Source of the DNA: Patescibacteria group bacterium
GTDB taxonomy: Bacteria; Patescibacteriota; Minisyncoccia; Phycocordibacterales; UBA12079
Direction: 5' to 3'
DNA: 51,952 bases
NCBI GenBank assembly: GCA_034661035.1
Contig: JAYEKM010000003.1
Coordinates: 1 to 51,952, forward strand
Part shown: positions 17,772-28,103 of the stretch, one piece after another
How the letters are laid out: each line of letters begins with the position of its first letter
Numbering within the stretch: position 1 is the stretch's first letter
The notes under the pieces: generated by a model
Told to the model about the DNA's origin: nothing
The model's input: only the letters and a program-made list of their open reading frames with translations
Databases searched by the model: none
Position numbers and translations under genes: made by a program

Positions 17772-20700
17772 ATGAGCACACCTAAAAAGAAGAGAGAGAA
17801 AAAGTATTTTAATAAATTTAAAAAATCATTAGTAGAACTCCCAAACTTAGTAGAATCACAATTAATTTCCTATCAGAAATTTGTTGATGGTGGAATAGAA
17901 GATGTTCTTAAAGAATTTACTCCTATTGAGGATTATTCAGGAAAAAAATTCAAAATGGAATTTCTAAATTTTGAATTTGAAAAACCTGATTACGACGAAT
18001 TCTTTGCTAAGGAGAATAAAAAAACTTATCAGGCATCTATTAAAGCAAACGTAAAGTTAACTAACAAAATATTAAAAATAGAAAAAGAACAAGAAATTTT
18101 TCTAACTGATTTTCCTATGATGACTGATCATGGGACTTTTATAATTAATGGAGTAGAAAGAGTCGTTGTGCCTCAACTATCAAGGTCTTTTGGAATGTTC
18201 TTTACTGTTCAGGAATTGAAAGGAGGAAGATATTTTGGAGTTAAAATTATTCCTTATAGAGGAGCTTGGATAGAAATTGAATCAGAACCAGATGGTCTTA
18301 TTTACGTTAAGATTGATAGAAAGAGAAAGTTTTTAATTAGTTCATTGTTACGAGTAATTGCTCCTGAGGGTTCGGACATAACATCTTTCTTTAAAGATAA
18401 AGACACTAAAGAAGTTATTCAAAAATCAATAGAAGCTGATCCTGCTAAAGACATAGATTCTTCATATATTGAAATTCACAGAAGGTTAAGAGATGGAGAA
18501 TTAACGACAGCTAGCCATTCTAAGGTATTTGTCGATGGTGTAGTAAGTGAAGAGAAATATGACTTACACAAAGTCGGAAGATTTTATTTCAATAAGAGAT
18601 TTGGAAAATCATTGGATAAGGAAGAATTAGAGAGAAAGACTATTTCCATTGAAGACTTAGCGACAGCTGTTGAACATGTAGTTGAACTGAATAGGACTCC
18701 TGGTGCTGTGGAAGATGATATTGATCATCTAGGTTCAAGAAGGTTGAGATACTTTGGGGAAATGGTACAACAAAAATTTAGAGTAGGGATGTATCAAGTA
18801 AAGAGAAATGTTCAAGACAGAATGTCAATTATTGGAGTAGATGTGACTTTGCCAGTGCAATTGATTAATCCAAGACCTCTTCAGGCTAGGATTAAAGAAT
18901 TTTTTGCGACCAACCAACTTTCACAATTTATGCTTCAGGATAATATTTTAGCAGAAATAGAGCATCTTAGGACGGTCTCTGCTTTAGGTCCGGGAGGATT
19001 AGTTCGAGAAAGAGCTGGAATTGAGGTGCGTGACGTCCACCCTTCTCATTATGGAAGGATTTGTCCTATTCAAACACCAGAAGGTCAGAACATTGGCTTG
19101 ATATTACACTTAGCTAACTACGCTAGAGTGAATGAATTTGGAATGATTGAGACACCTTACTCTAGGGTTAAGAATGGTAAAATTACAGGTGAAATAGAGT
19201 ACTTAAATGCTGCCGATGAAGAATTATTTAACATTGCTGATGCGACTATTAGTTTAGATAAAAATAATGTAATTCAAGAAAAAGTGGTTGAAGTTAGGAT
19301 TGGTGGAAAACTAGGAATAGTCGAAAAGAAACATGTTGATTTTATTGATATTTCAACTAAGCAAGCTTTCTCAGTGGCAACTTCAATGATTCCTTTCTTA
19401 AATCATGATGATGCCAATAGGGCTTTGATGGGTTCTAATATGCAAAAGCAGTCAGTACCTTGTGTGGTACCTGACGCACCATTGGTATCGACAGGAATTG
19501 AAGAAGAAGCAGCTCGTGACTCCGGAAGATTGGTTATAGCTAAAGAAGGTGGAGTAGTTTCTTTTGTGGATGCAAAAACAATAAAAATAAAGAAAAAGGA
19601 TGGGAAGGAAGATGAATATAAGTTAGTTAGTTTTGTTAGGACCAACAACTTCTCAGCATTGAGTCATCGTCCTTCTGTTAATTTAAATCAAAAAGTTAAG
19701 AAAGGTGAAATTTTAGCTGACATTTCGTCAACTGATAATGGCCAGATAGCTTTGGGACAAAATATTTTAGTAGCCTTCATGTCTTGGTATGGAGCTAACT
19801 ATGAGGATGCTATTATTATTTCTGATAGATTAGTTAAAAAAGATAAATTTACTTCTATTTATATAGAAGAGTTTGTTGAAGATGTAAGAGATACTAAATT
19901 GGGTGAAGAAGTAACTACTCATGATATCCCAAATGTAGGTGAAGCTAAATTGAAAAATTTGGACGAAGATGGAATCATCAGGATTGGATCTGAAGTTAAT
20001 CAGGGGGATATTTTGATTGGTAAAATTACACCTAAGGGAGAGACTCAATTAACTCCAGAAGAAAGATTACTTAAGTCTATCTTTGGTGAAAAAGCTCAGG
20101 ATGTAAAAGATACTTCTTTGAGAGTAAAGGGGGGAAAGAGAGGTTTTGTTAAAAGTGTGAAAGTCTTCTCTCGTGAAAAAGGTGAAATAAATGAACCAGG
20201 GGTTATAAAAAGAATTTATGTTGAAGTGGCTCATTTAAGAAATGTGTCTGTTGGAGATAAGTTGTCTGGACGTCACGGAAACAAAGGTGTTATTTCAAAG
20301 ATTCTTCCTCAAGAGGATATGCCTTATATGAAGGACGGGACACCAATTGATATTATTTTAACTCCTTTGGGAGTTCCTTCCCGTATGAACTTAGGACAAA
20401 TTTTAGAGTTGCATCTGGGTATGGCAGCTAAGTCTCTAAATTATCAAGCAGTAGTTCCACCATTCGCTGGAGCAACAGAAGAAGAAATTAAAGATGAATT
20501 AGAAAAGGCTGGTTATAACAGAAATGGAACAATGACACTCTATGATGGTTTGACAGGGGAACCGTTTGATCAAGATATCGCTGTTGGTTACATGTATATT
20601 CTTAAGCTTCATCACATGGTTGAGGATAAGATGCATATGAGATCAGTTGGTCCATATTCTTTGATTAACCAACAACCATTAGGAGGAAAGGCACAAAAGG

Positions 20701-20933
20701 GAGGACAGAGATTTGGAGAAATGGAAGTCTGGGCGTTATTAGGTCACGGAACGGCCCATATCCTAAGAGAAGTTTTGACAATCAAATCAGATGATATTTT
20801 AGGTCGATCTGCAGCTTTTGATGCAATTGTAAAAGATAAAAGAATACCTGAACCAAATATTCCGGCTTCTTTTAACGTATTATTAAATAATCTTCGTGGT
20901 TTAGCTTTAGATATAGATTTAAAGAAAAAATAA
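17772..20933 (+). CDS. rpoB: RNA polymerase beta subunit
   Basis: GTFIINGVERV, SALGPGGL, GSNMQ, GRHGNKG and GGQRFGEME motifs. Confidence 0.99.
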   Translation: MSTPKKKREKKYFNKFKKSLVELPNLVESQLISYQKFVDGGIEDVLKEFTPIEDYSGKKFKMEFLNFEFEKPDYDEFFAKENKKTYQASIKANVKLTNKILKIEKEQEIFLTDFPMMTDHGTFIINGVERVVVPQLSRSFGMFFTVQELKGGRYFGVKIIPYRGAWIEIESEPDGLIYVKIDRKRKFLISSLLRVIAPEGSDITSFFKDKDTKEVIQKSIEADPAKDIDSSYIEIHRRLRDGELTTASHSKVFVDGVVSEEKYDLHKVGRFYFNKRFGKSLDKEELERKTISIEDLATAVEHVVELNRTPGAVEDDIDHLGSRRLRYFGEMVQQKFRVGMYQVKRNVQDRMSIIGVDVTLPVQLINPRPLQARIKEFFATNQLSQFMLQDNILAEIEHLRTVSALGPGGLVRERAGIEVRDVHPSHYGRICPIQTPEGQNIGLILHLANYARVNEFGMIETPYSRVKNGKITGEIEYLNAADEELFNIADATISLDKNNVIQEKVVEVRIGGKLGIVEKKHVDFIDISTKQAFSVATSMIPFLNHDDANRALMGSNMQKQSVPCVVPDAPLVSTGIEEEAARDSGRLVIAKEGGVVSFVDAKTIKIKKKDGKEDEYKLVSFVRTNNFSALSHRPSVNLNQKVKKGEILADISSTDNGQIALGQNILVAFMSWYGANYEDAIIISDRLVKKDKFTSIYIEEFVEDVRDTKLGEEVTTHDIPNVGEAKLKNLDEDGIIRIGSEVNQGDILIGKITPKGETQLTPEERLLKSIFGEKAQDVKDTSLRVKGGKRGFVKSVKVFSREKGEINEPGVIKRIYVEVAHLRNVSVGDKLSGRHGNKGVISKILPQEDMPYMKDGTPIDIILTPLGVPSRMNLGQILELHLGMAAKSLNYQAVVPPFAGATEEEIKDELEKAGYNRNGTMTLYDGLTGEPFDQDIAVGYMYILKLHHMVEDKMHMRSVGPYSLINQQPLGGKAQKGGQRFGEMEVWALLGHGTAHILREVLTIKSDDILGRSAAFDAIVKDKRIPEPNIPASFNVLLNNLRGLALDIDLKKK

Positions 20934-20974
20934 AAAAATCTATTTAAAATTAAATTTCTAAAATAAAAAATAAT

Positions 20975-23900
20975 ATGTCATTAAACAATAATAAAGAATC
21001 AAATACACAAGACCTTCAATCACCAGATTTCGATATGATTACTTTAAAGTTGGCTTCACCAGAGAAAATTTTAGGGTGGTCACACGGAGAAGTTAAAAAA
21101 CCAGAAACTATTAATTATAGGACACAAAGAAGTGAAAAAGATGGCTTGTTTGACGAGAAAGTTTTCGGCCCTGATAAAGATTATGAATGTTACTGTGGTA
21201 AATATAAAGGGATAAGATATAAAGGTATCGTTTGTGAAAAATGTGGTGTAGAAATAACTAGATCTATAGTGAGAAGAGAAAGGATGGGTCATATTGAATT
21301 AGCGGTACCGGTTTCTCATATTTGGTTTTTGAAATCAATTCCTTCTAGAATTGGTTTGGTTTTGGATATTCCTGCTGCCGATTTAAGAAAAGTTATTTAC
21401 TTTGCTGGTTACATTGTTGTTGGTATTAACGAATCAGAAAAGAAAAGAATTTTGAGTGAAGTAGAAACAGAATATAAAACGAAAGTAAAAAATCTACAAA
21501 GTGCTAAAGATAAAGAAAAAATCAAGGAACTAGTTGTTAATGTCAAAAAGGATATTGAAAATATTCAATCAGGAGTAGTTTTCGATGAAATTACTTATAA
21601 TAAATATTCTCTAAAATATGGGGCAATGTTTGAAGCTGCGATCGGGGCAGAAGCTATTTATGAAATTTGTAAAAAGATTGATTTAGAAAAATTAAAAGAA
21701 GAATTGATTAGTTCTTTAGTAAAAGCTGGTTCTATTAAAACAGAAAAAATAAATAAACGTTTGAAATTAGTTGAATCTCTAATCAGATCTAATACAAGAC
21801 CTGAATGGATGTTCTTAACTAGAGTCCCTGTTATTCCTCCAGCTCTTCGTCCAATGGTTGTTTTGGGAGGAGGAAGACATGCTACTTCAGATGTGAACGA
21901 TTTGTATAGGAGAGTAATTAATAGAAATAACCGTCTTAAAAAATTACAGGAAATAAACGCTCCGGATGTTATTTTAAGAAATGAGAAGAGGATTTTACAA
22001 GAAGCTGTTGATTCTTTAATCGATAATTCTATCAAATACACAGGATCGTCTTCAGTGATGAGTCAAGCCCAAAGAAGACCATTGAAATCTTTATCAGATA
22101 ACCTGAAAGGTAAACAAGGTTTGTTTAGACAAAATCTACTAGGAAAAAGAGTTGATTATTCAGGACGTTCTGTGATTGTGGTTGGTCCTGACTTGAATTT
22201 GGACGAATGCGGTTTGCCTAAATATATGGCTTTGGAATTGTTTAGACCGTTTGTTATTTCTAGAATTCTAAAAGATGAATTAGCTCACAATATAAAATGG
22301 GCAGGTAGATTGATTGAAGAAGGTGGCCCAGAAGTTTGGGCAATTTTGGAAGATGTTATCCGAGATAAATATGTTCTCCTAAACAGGGCGCCGACTTTGC
22401 ACCGTTTAGGTATTCAAGCTTTCCGACCGTTATTGATTGAAGGTATGGCTATTCAGGTTCACCCTTTGGTTTGTTCAGCTTTCAACGCTGACTTCGATGG
22501 AGACATGATGGCTGTTCATGTTCCTCTGACTAAAAAAGCTCAAGCTGAGGCGAGAGAGATTATGGCAGCTGATAAAAATATCTTAAAACCAGGAACTGGT
22601 AGCCCAATTGTTGATCCTAAGATGGATATGGCTTTGGGATGTTATTGGATGACCAAAGTTGTGGAAGAAGGTAAAAAAGCAGATAGATTCTTTTCAAGTG
22701 TTAATGACGCCATTACAGCTTGTGACTTCGGAGTGATTGATTATGGGACTTTGATCAAAGTTTTGCCTTCAGACAGCCCTCGTTATACTGAATTTAAAGG
22801 GGAAGTTTTTGAAACAACAGCAGGAAGATTGTTGTTTAACAGTATTTTGCCTAAAGATTATCCTTTCATAAATGATAAAGTTGGAAAGAAGGAAATCTCA
22901 ATAATCACCAATGATTTGATTAAGAAATATGGAATGAAAAATATAGCACCTGTTTTAGGTAAGATAAAAGATTTCGGATTTAAGTATGCAACTAAATCAG
23001 GTATTACTTGGGGAATTGACAATGTCACTATTCCTGAAAACAAGAGTGATGTGATTGATGCAACTAAAGATAAATCAAGTATAGTTTGGTCTCAATACAA
23101 TGAGGGTCTTTTGACTCAGGATGAAAGAAGGAGAAAGAATATCCAATTATGGCATACTGCTAAGGATGAGATCGAAGGTCTTATCCCAGAGACTTTAGAT
23201 AAACGTGGTTCAGCTTACAATATGTGGATTTCAGGAGCAAGGGGGTCTCTAGGTCAATTTACTCAAATGGCAGGAATGAGAGGTCTTATTCAAAACACAG
23301 CTGGGGAGACTATTGAAACTCCTGTTATTTCTTGTTTGAAAGAAGGGTTAACTCCAATTGAATACTTTACAACGACTCACGGTTCAAGAAAAGGTTTGGC
23401 TGATACAGCCCTGAATACATCCAAAGCTGGTTACTTAACCAGAAAGTTGTTTGATGTTTCTCAGGATGTTGTTATCACTGAAGATGATTGTAAGACAAGT
23501 AATTTTATCACTCTTAAGAAAGAACAATTATCAGGAATTGAAATATCTCTAGCTAAGAATATTAGAGGAAGAGTGTTGGCTAAAAAGATTGAAAATAAAG
23601 AAGGAAAAGTTTTGTACAAAAAAGGTCACTTAGTCACTGAAGATGATGCTAAGGATATTGAAGAATTAGGTATTGAGTCAGTTGATGTTAGATCACCTTT
23701 GACCTGTGGAACTTTTAGAGGTATTTGTCAGAAATGTTACGGAACTGATTTTGGAACTAACGAATTGGTTGATCTCGGTGAAGCAGTTGGAACAATTGCT
23801 GCTCAAGCTATTGGTGAACCAGGGACACAGTTAACTATGAGAACTTTCCATACTGGTGGTACAGCTTCTGTCGGAGGTGACATCACAGCTGGTTTGCCTC

Positions 23901-24670
23901 GAGTAGAAGAAATTTTTGAAAGAAGAATACCAAAATCAGCTGCTATTGTAAGTAAGGTTAACGGTATTGTTTCTGATTTGGATGAACAAGATCTTAATGA
24001 TAGAAAAATAGTGATTATGCCTGATATTGACAGTCGTTCAAATAAGGCCAAGGGTAAACAACAAGTCTCTTATTCGGTTCCATATAGTAGAATCTTTATG
24101 GTTAAGGTTGGGGATAAGGTTAAAAAAGGTGATATTTTAACAGATGGTTCTGCTGACATTGCTGAATTATTTAAATATGCTGGCAAGGAAAAAGCCCAAG
24201 AGTATATTATCAAAGAAACAATTTCTATTTATGAGTTGCAGGGAGCTTCTACCTCAAGGAAACACGTTGAGGTGGTCATTAAACAAATGATGTCACGTAA
24301 GAAGGTTAAGTCATCAGGAGAAACAACCTTGGCTGTAGGTAGTGTAGTAGAAGATTCTGAATTAGATAAAGAAAACAAAAAGGCTAAAGAAGCTGGTTTA
24401 GAAGAAGCTAAGGGAACTCCTTTGGTATTGGGGATTACAGAGACATCTTTAACTAGAGAAAGTTTCTTGTCCTCTGTTTCTTTCCAAAACACAACAAAAA
24501 TGCTTATCGATGCTTCTATTAAAGGAGCTCAGGATGAATTAGTTGGTTTGAAAGAAAATATTATTATAGGAAGGTTAGTTCCTGCTGGATCCGGTTTTGA
24601 GGGGAGTGAAAAATGGAAGATGATAGATGCCATTGAAGAACCAGAGGATGATACTGCTGAAAGGGAATAG
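20975..24670 (+). CDS. rpoC: RNA polymerase beta' subunit
   Basis: Zn-ribbon CYCGKY..CEKC, GKRVDYSGR, NADFDGD and GEPGTQLTMRTFH motifs. Confidence 0.99.
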   Translation: MSLNNNKESNTQDLQSPDFDMITLKLASPEKILGWSHGEVKKPETINYRTQRSEKDGLFDEKVFGPDKDYECYCGKYKGIRYKGIVCEKCGVEITRSIVRRERMGHIELAVPVSHIWFLKSIPSRIGLVLDIPAADLRKVIYFAGYIVVGINESEKKRILSEVETEYKTKVKNLQSAKDKEKIKELVVNVKKDIENIQSGVVFDEITYNKYSLKYGAMFEAAIGAEAIYEICKKIDLEKLKEELISSLVKAGSIKTEKINKRLKLVESLIRSNTRPEWMFLTRVPVIPPALRPMVVLGGGRHATSDVNDLYRRVINRNNRLKKLQEINAPDVILRNEKRILQEAVDSLIDNSIKYTGSSSVMSQAQRRPLKSLSDNLKGKQGLFRQNLLGKRVDYSGRSVIVVGPDLNLDECGLPKYMALELFRPFVISRILKDELAHNIKWAGRLIEEGGPEVWAILEDVIRDKYVLLNRAPTLHRLGIQAFRPLLIEGMAIQVHPLVCSAFNADFDGDMMAVHVPLTKKAQAEAREIMAADKNILKPGTGSPIVDPKMDMALGCYWMTKVVEEGKKADRFFSSVNDAITACDFGVIDYGTLIKVLPSDSPRYTEFKGEVFETTAGRLLFNSILPKDYPFINDKVGKKEISIITNDLIKKYGMKNIAPVLGKIKDFGFKYATKSGITWGIDNVTIPENKSDVIDATKDKSSIVWSQYNEGLLTQDERRRKNIQLWHTAKDEIEGLIPETLDKRGSAYNMWISGARGSLGQFTQMAGMRGLIQNTAGETIETPVISCLKEGLTPIEYFTTTHGSRKGLADTALNTSKAGYLTRKLFDVSQDVVITEDDCKTSNFITLKKEQLSGIEISLAKNIRGRVLAKKIENKEGKVLYKKGHLVTEDDAKDIEELGIESVDVRSPLTCGTFRGICQKCYGTDFGTNELVDLGEAVGTIAAQAIGEPGTQLTMRTFHTGGTASVGGDITAGLPRVEEIFERRIPKSAAIVSKVNGIVSDLDEQDLNDRKIVIMPDIDSRSNKAKGKQQVSYSVPYSRIFMVKVGDKVKKGDILTDGSADIAELFKYAGKEKAQEYIIKETISIYELQGASTSRKHVEVVIKQMMSRKKVKSSGETTLAVGSVVEDSELDKENKKAKEAGLEEAKGTPLVLGITETSLTRESFLSSVSFQNTTKMLIDASIKGAQDELVGLKENIIIGRLVPAGSGFEGSEKWKMIDAIEEPEDDTAERE

Positions 24671-24675
24671 TATGG

Positions 24676-24773
24676 AGTCTGTAAAGTTCATAAAGTCTGC
24701 TAAGTCAAAAGCCTGAAAAGTTATAAAATTTGTGAAGCAAATTTTCGACTTTCGACTTTATGGACTTTTGACC
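24676..24773. repeat. Long imperfect hairpin built of AAAGTC/GACTTT submotifs (rpoC-dnaG spacer)
   Basis: AAAGTTCATAAAGTC ... GACTTTATGGACTTT arms around a central AAAATTTG-TGAAG-CAAATTTT. Confidence 0.65.
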
Positions 24774-24784
24774 AATTTTATATT

Positions 24785-26524
24785 ATGGATAATGTTGAGA
24801 AAATAAAAGGTCGGTTGGATATTGTTGATGTAGTTGGAGCCTACATCAAACTAGAAAAAGCCGGTTTAAATTTGAAAGCATGTTGTCCTTTTCATAATGA
24901 GAAGACGCCTTCTTTCTTTATATCTCCTACTAGAGGAACTTATAAATGTTTTGGTTGTGGTGAAGGGGGTGATATTTTTTCTTTTGTGGAAAAATATGAG
25001 GGAGTTGATTTTAAAGGAGCTTTGAAAATTTTAGCAGAGAAGGCAGGGGTTACTTTAGAAAGAGAAGACTTCAAAAAAGTGAATGAGGGTAAAAGAATTT
25101 ATGATGTTTTAGAGACAACCACTAGTTACTTTGAAGACGGTTTAAAGAAAAAGAAAGAAGCTCAAGAGTACTTAAAAGATCGTGGCATAACGGAAAAAAC
25201 TATTGAGCAGTTTCGGCTAGGGTTTGCGAAGGAAGGTTGGCAGAATCTGTATAATTTTTTGAAACAAGAGAAATTTAGTGATTTGGATATGGATAAGGCT
25301 GGTTTGGTTAAGAAAAGTGAGAAGGGTAATCGGTTGTATGATAGGTTTAGAGAAAGAATAATTTTTCCGTTATTTGATAATTCGGGTCGTCCAGTAGCTT
25401 TTTCAGGAAGATTTTTCGGGAAAGATGAAAAAGATGGAATGGTGACGGCTAAATATTTAAATAGTCCTGAAACAGTGTTGTTTAACAAATCAAATATTCT
25501 GTATGGATATAATCTTGCTAAGAATGGAATCAGGAAAAAAGATTTCTCAATTTTAGTAGAAGGACAGATGGATTTATTGATGTGCCATCAGGCTGGTTAT
25601 GATAATACTGTGGCTAGTTCAGGGACAGCTTTTAGTCAGGGTCACGTAAAACTATTAAAGCGTTTATCTAATAGAATAGTAATTGCTTTTGATGGTGATA
25701 ATGCGGGATTTCTTTCGGCTGGTAAGGCCACTAAAATAGCTTTAGCTGAAGGGATGGAAGTTCGCTTAATGTCTATTCCTGATGGTCAGGATCCAGCTGA
25801 TTTTATTCTGAAAGATAAAGAAGGCTGGCAGAAAGCTCTAAAAGAGGCTAAACATATTGTTGATTTCTATTTAAATAAATTAATTAATGAAATTGACGAT
25901 AAAAGAAAATTAGGTAAAGAAGTTCAAGAGAAAGTTTTACCCTATGTTACTTTGATTGAAAGTGAAATAGAAAAAGCTAATTTTATAGATGATATCGCTG
26001 AAAAGTTAGGTGTAACAGCCAAAGTGATCTGGGTTGAATTAGGAAAAGTAGATAGAGAAGATTTTATGAGATCTACTATACCGCAGGTAAGACAGGGTTT
26101 GTCTGAGAAATTGTCAGCCAAAGGTAAGAAAAATAGACGGCAGATTATTTTAAGACAGATATCAGGGATATACTGGTGGCAAAAGAATTTCGACAAACCA
26201 GTTCTTAATTTAGAAAATTTTGAAAAAGAGATTAAGGAGATTATCGGTGATGAAATTTTTGAGAAAATTGAAAATTTAAATGAAAAATTAAAAGATGAGA
26301 TAATTTTTGAGGCAGAGATATTATATGGGAATCTTGAAAATACAGATAAAAAAATTGAAGAGTTATTTAAAAATTTAAAAATTGAGTTAATAGATGAAAA
26401 GATAAAAGATGTTATTTTAGAACAGAAGAAGGCTGAAAAATCAGGTGACAAAGAAGAGGCCTTGAAGGATTTAGAAATATATGACAAGTTATCAAAACAG
26501 AAGAGTAAATTATTAAGTAGTTAA
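24785..26524 (+). CDS. dnaG: DNA primase
   Basis: CPFHNEKTPSF..CFGC, DRFR.RI.FP, KYLNSPET, VEGQMD and FDGD.AG motifs. Confidence 0.98.
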   Translation: MDNVEKIKGRLDIVDVVGAYIKLEKAGLNLKACCPFHNEKTPSFFISPTRGTYKCFGCGEGGDIFSFVEKYEGVDFKGALKILAEKAGVTLEREDFKKVNEGKRIYDVLETTTSYFEDGLKKKKEAQEYLKDRGITEKTIEQFRLGFAKEGWQNLYNFLKQEKFSDLDMDKAGLVKKSEKGNRLYDRFRERIIFPLFDNSGRPVAFSGRFFGKDEKDGMVTAKYLNSPETVLFNKSNILYGYNLAKNGIRKKDFSILVEGQMDLLMCHQAGYDNTVASSGTAFSQGHVKLLKRLSNRIVIAFDGDNAGFLSAGKATKIALAEGMEVRLMSIPDGQDPADFILKDKEGWQKALKEAKHIVDFYLNKLINEIDDKRKLGKEVQEKVLPYVTLIESEIEKANFIDDIAEKLGVTAKVIWVELGKVDREDFMRSTIPQVRQGLSEKLSAKGKKNRRQIILRQISGIYWWQKNFDKPVLNLENFEKEIKEIIGDEIFEKIENLNEKLKDEIIFEAEILYGNLENTDKKIEELFKNLKIELIDEKIKDVILEQKKAEKSGDKEEALKDLEIYDKLSKQKSKLLSS

Positions 26525-26613
26525 AAGTTTTTAATGTCTATAAAGTCCATAAAATAAAAGATCGCAAAGCGATTTTTTACAAAAAAGACTTTTGACTTTA
26601 CAGGCTTTAGACC
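26524..26613. repeat. Second AAAGTC/GACTTT imperfect hairpin (dnaG-rpoD spacer)
   Basis: GTCTATAAAGTCCATAAA ... GACTTTTGACTTTACAGGCTTTAGAC around a central ATCGC-AAA-GCGAT. Confidence 0.6.
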
Positions 26614-26623
26614 AATATATAAT

Positions 26624-27940
26624 ATGCCAAAGAAAACTAAAAAAATAATAAAGAAAAAGCCAATCAAGAGGAAGATTGTTAAAAAATCTGTAAAGAAGGT
26701 AATAAAAAAGAAATCTGTAAAAAAGGCAGTGAAAAAAACACCTGTAAAAAAGAAAAAGGTTGTTAAAAAGGTAGTGAGGAAAAGGGTGAAAAAAAAGAAA
26801 TCTATAAAAAAAGCAGTGAAGAAAAAGACTGTTAATAAGACTTCAATAAAGAAGTTAACTAAAAAAGATACTGAAAAAGAAGAAAAAATAAATAATCTCC
26901 TGAAAAGAGGAAAGGAAATGGGTTTTATTACTTTTGATAATATTCTTAAGGAATTTCCTTATGTTGAAAATGATTTATTTTTATTGGAAGAAGTTTATGA
27001 GAACTTTGAGAGGATGGGGATTGATGTTTTGGAGAACAAAGGAATTTTAGATTCAGAGCCTGAAGAAACATTACCTAAACCTGAAAAATACGGAAGGAAT
27101 ACTGGTGATTCTATTCAAATGTATCTAAAAGAAATTGGAAGATATGAATTATTAACTCAGCCTCAAGAGAAATCTTTGGCACAAAGGATTGAAAGAGGAG
27201 ATGAAGAAGCTAAAAATTTACTAGCTCGGGCAAACCTTCGTTTAGTTGTATCTATTGCTAAGAAGTATATGGGGAGAAGTTCTGATTTAACTCTACTTGA
27301 TTTAATTCAAGAGGGAAGTTTAGGTTTATTCAAGGCTGTGGAGAAATTTGACTGGACTAAAGGCTTTAAATTTTCTACCTATGCGACTTGGTGGATTAGA
27401 CAAGCTATCACTCGTGCTTTAGCCGATCAATCTAGAACGATTAGAATTCCTGTTCATATGGTGGAGACAATTGCTAAATATAAGCAGACAGTTAGGAGAT
27501 TGTCTCAAGATTTGGGGAGAAAACCTTTGCCAGAAGAAATTGCTGTGGAGATGGATTTAACCATAGATAAGGTCCATAATATCCTAAGAATAGATAGAAA
27601 AATTGTTTCTTTGGAAAATCCAATTGGAGGTGAAGATGGAGATGGAAAATCAACTTTAGAAGATTTTACTCCTGATGATAAAATTGATTCCCCCGAACAG
27701 AGAGTCTCTCAGAGGATTTTGGCCGACCAAATTAGGGATGTGTTGAATGATCTAACCTTTAAAGAGAAAAAGATTTTGGAAATGAGAAATGGGATAGGAA
27801 ATGGTGTTTACTGTACTCTGGAGGAAGTTGGGAAGGAGTTTGGTGTGACTAGGGAAAGAATTCGTCAAATTGAGGCCAAGGCTCACGAAAAGATTAGACA
27901 GAATGAGAAGATTAATCGCCTTCGTGATTTTGATTTTTAA
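26624..27940 (+). CDS. rpoD: Primary sigma factor RpoD with Lys-rich N-terminal extension
   Basis: [32 protein letters not shown] and TRERIRQIE motifs. Confidence 0.96.
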   Translation: MPKKTKKIIKKKPIKRKIVKKSVKKVIKKKSVKKAVKKTPVKKKKVVKKVVRKRVKKKKSIKKAVKKKTVNKTSIKKLTKKDTEKEEKINNLLKRGKEMGFITFDNILKEFPYVENDLFLLEEVYENFERMGIDVLENKGILDSEPEETLPKPEKYGRNTGDSIQMYLKEIGRYELLTQPQEKSLAQRIERGDEEAKNLLARANLRLVVSIAKKYMGRSSDLTLLDLIQEGSLGLFKAVEKFDWTKGFKFSTYATWWIRQAITRALADQSRTIRIPVHMVETIAKYKQTVRRLSQDLGRKPLPEEIAVEMDLTIDKVHNILRIDRKIVSLENPIGGEDGDGKSTLEDFTPDDKIDSPEQRVSQRILADQIRDVLNDLTFKEKKILEMRNGIGNGVYCTLEEVGKEFGVTRERIRQIEAKAHEKIRQNEKINRLRDFDF

Positions 27941-27955
27941 TAACAAGAATACTTG

Positions 27956-27984
27956 TTGACAACGTAGTTGTTTTTAGGTAATAT
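27956..27984 (+). promoter_or_regulatory. Sigma70-type promoter of the porin-like gene
   Basis: TTGACA-17 bp-TAATAT. Confidence 0.65.
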
Positions 27985-28103
27985 TTAATTAATTACCCTT
28001 TGGGTGATTTTTTGTTTATTGACAAAAAAATAATAAAGGAGGTGAAAAAACTGGCTAGGGAGGAAAGTAAACCAACAACTCTTAACTTGAAGGAGAAAAT
28101 TCC

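Noticed and set aside
22480-22520. RpoC NADFDGDM instead of NADFDGDQ as a sign of altered catalysis
   Set aside because: All three catalytic Asp are intact, and the following position varies among RNA polymerases.
25942-26487. Antisense ORFs such as this 181-aa one, and those within rpoB, rpoC, topA, tyrS and the TA pair
   Set aside because: They are shadow frames of well-supported genes on the other strand.
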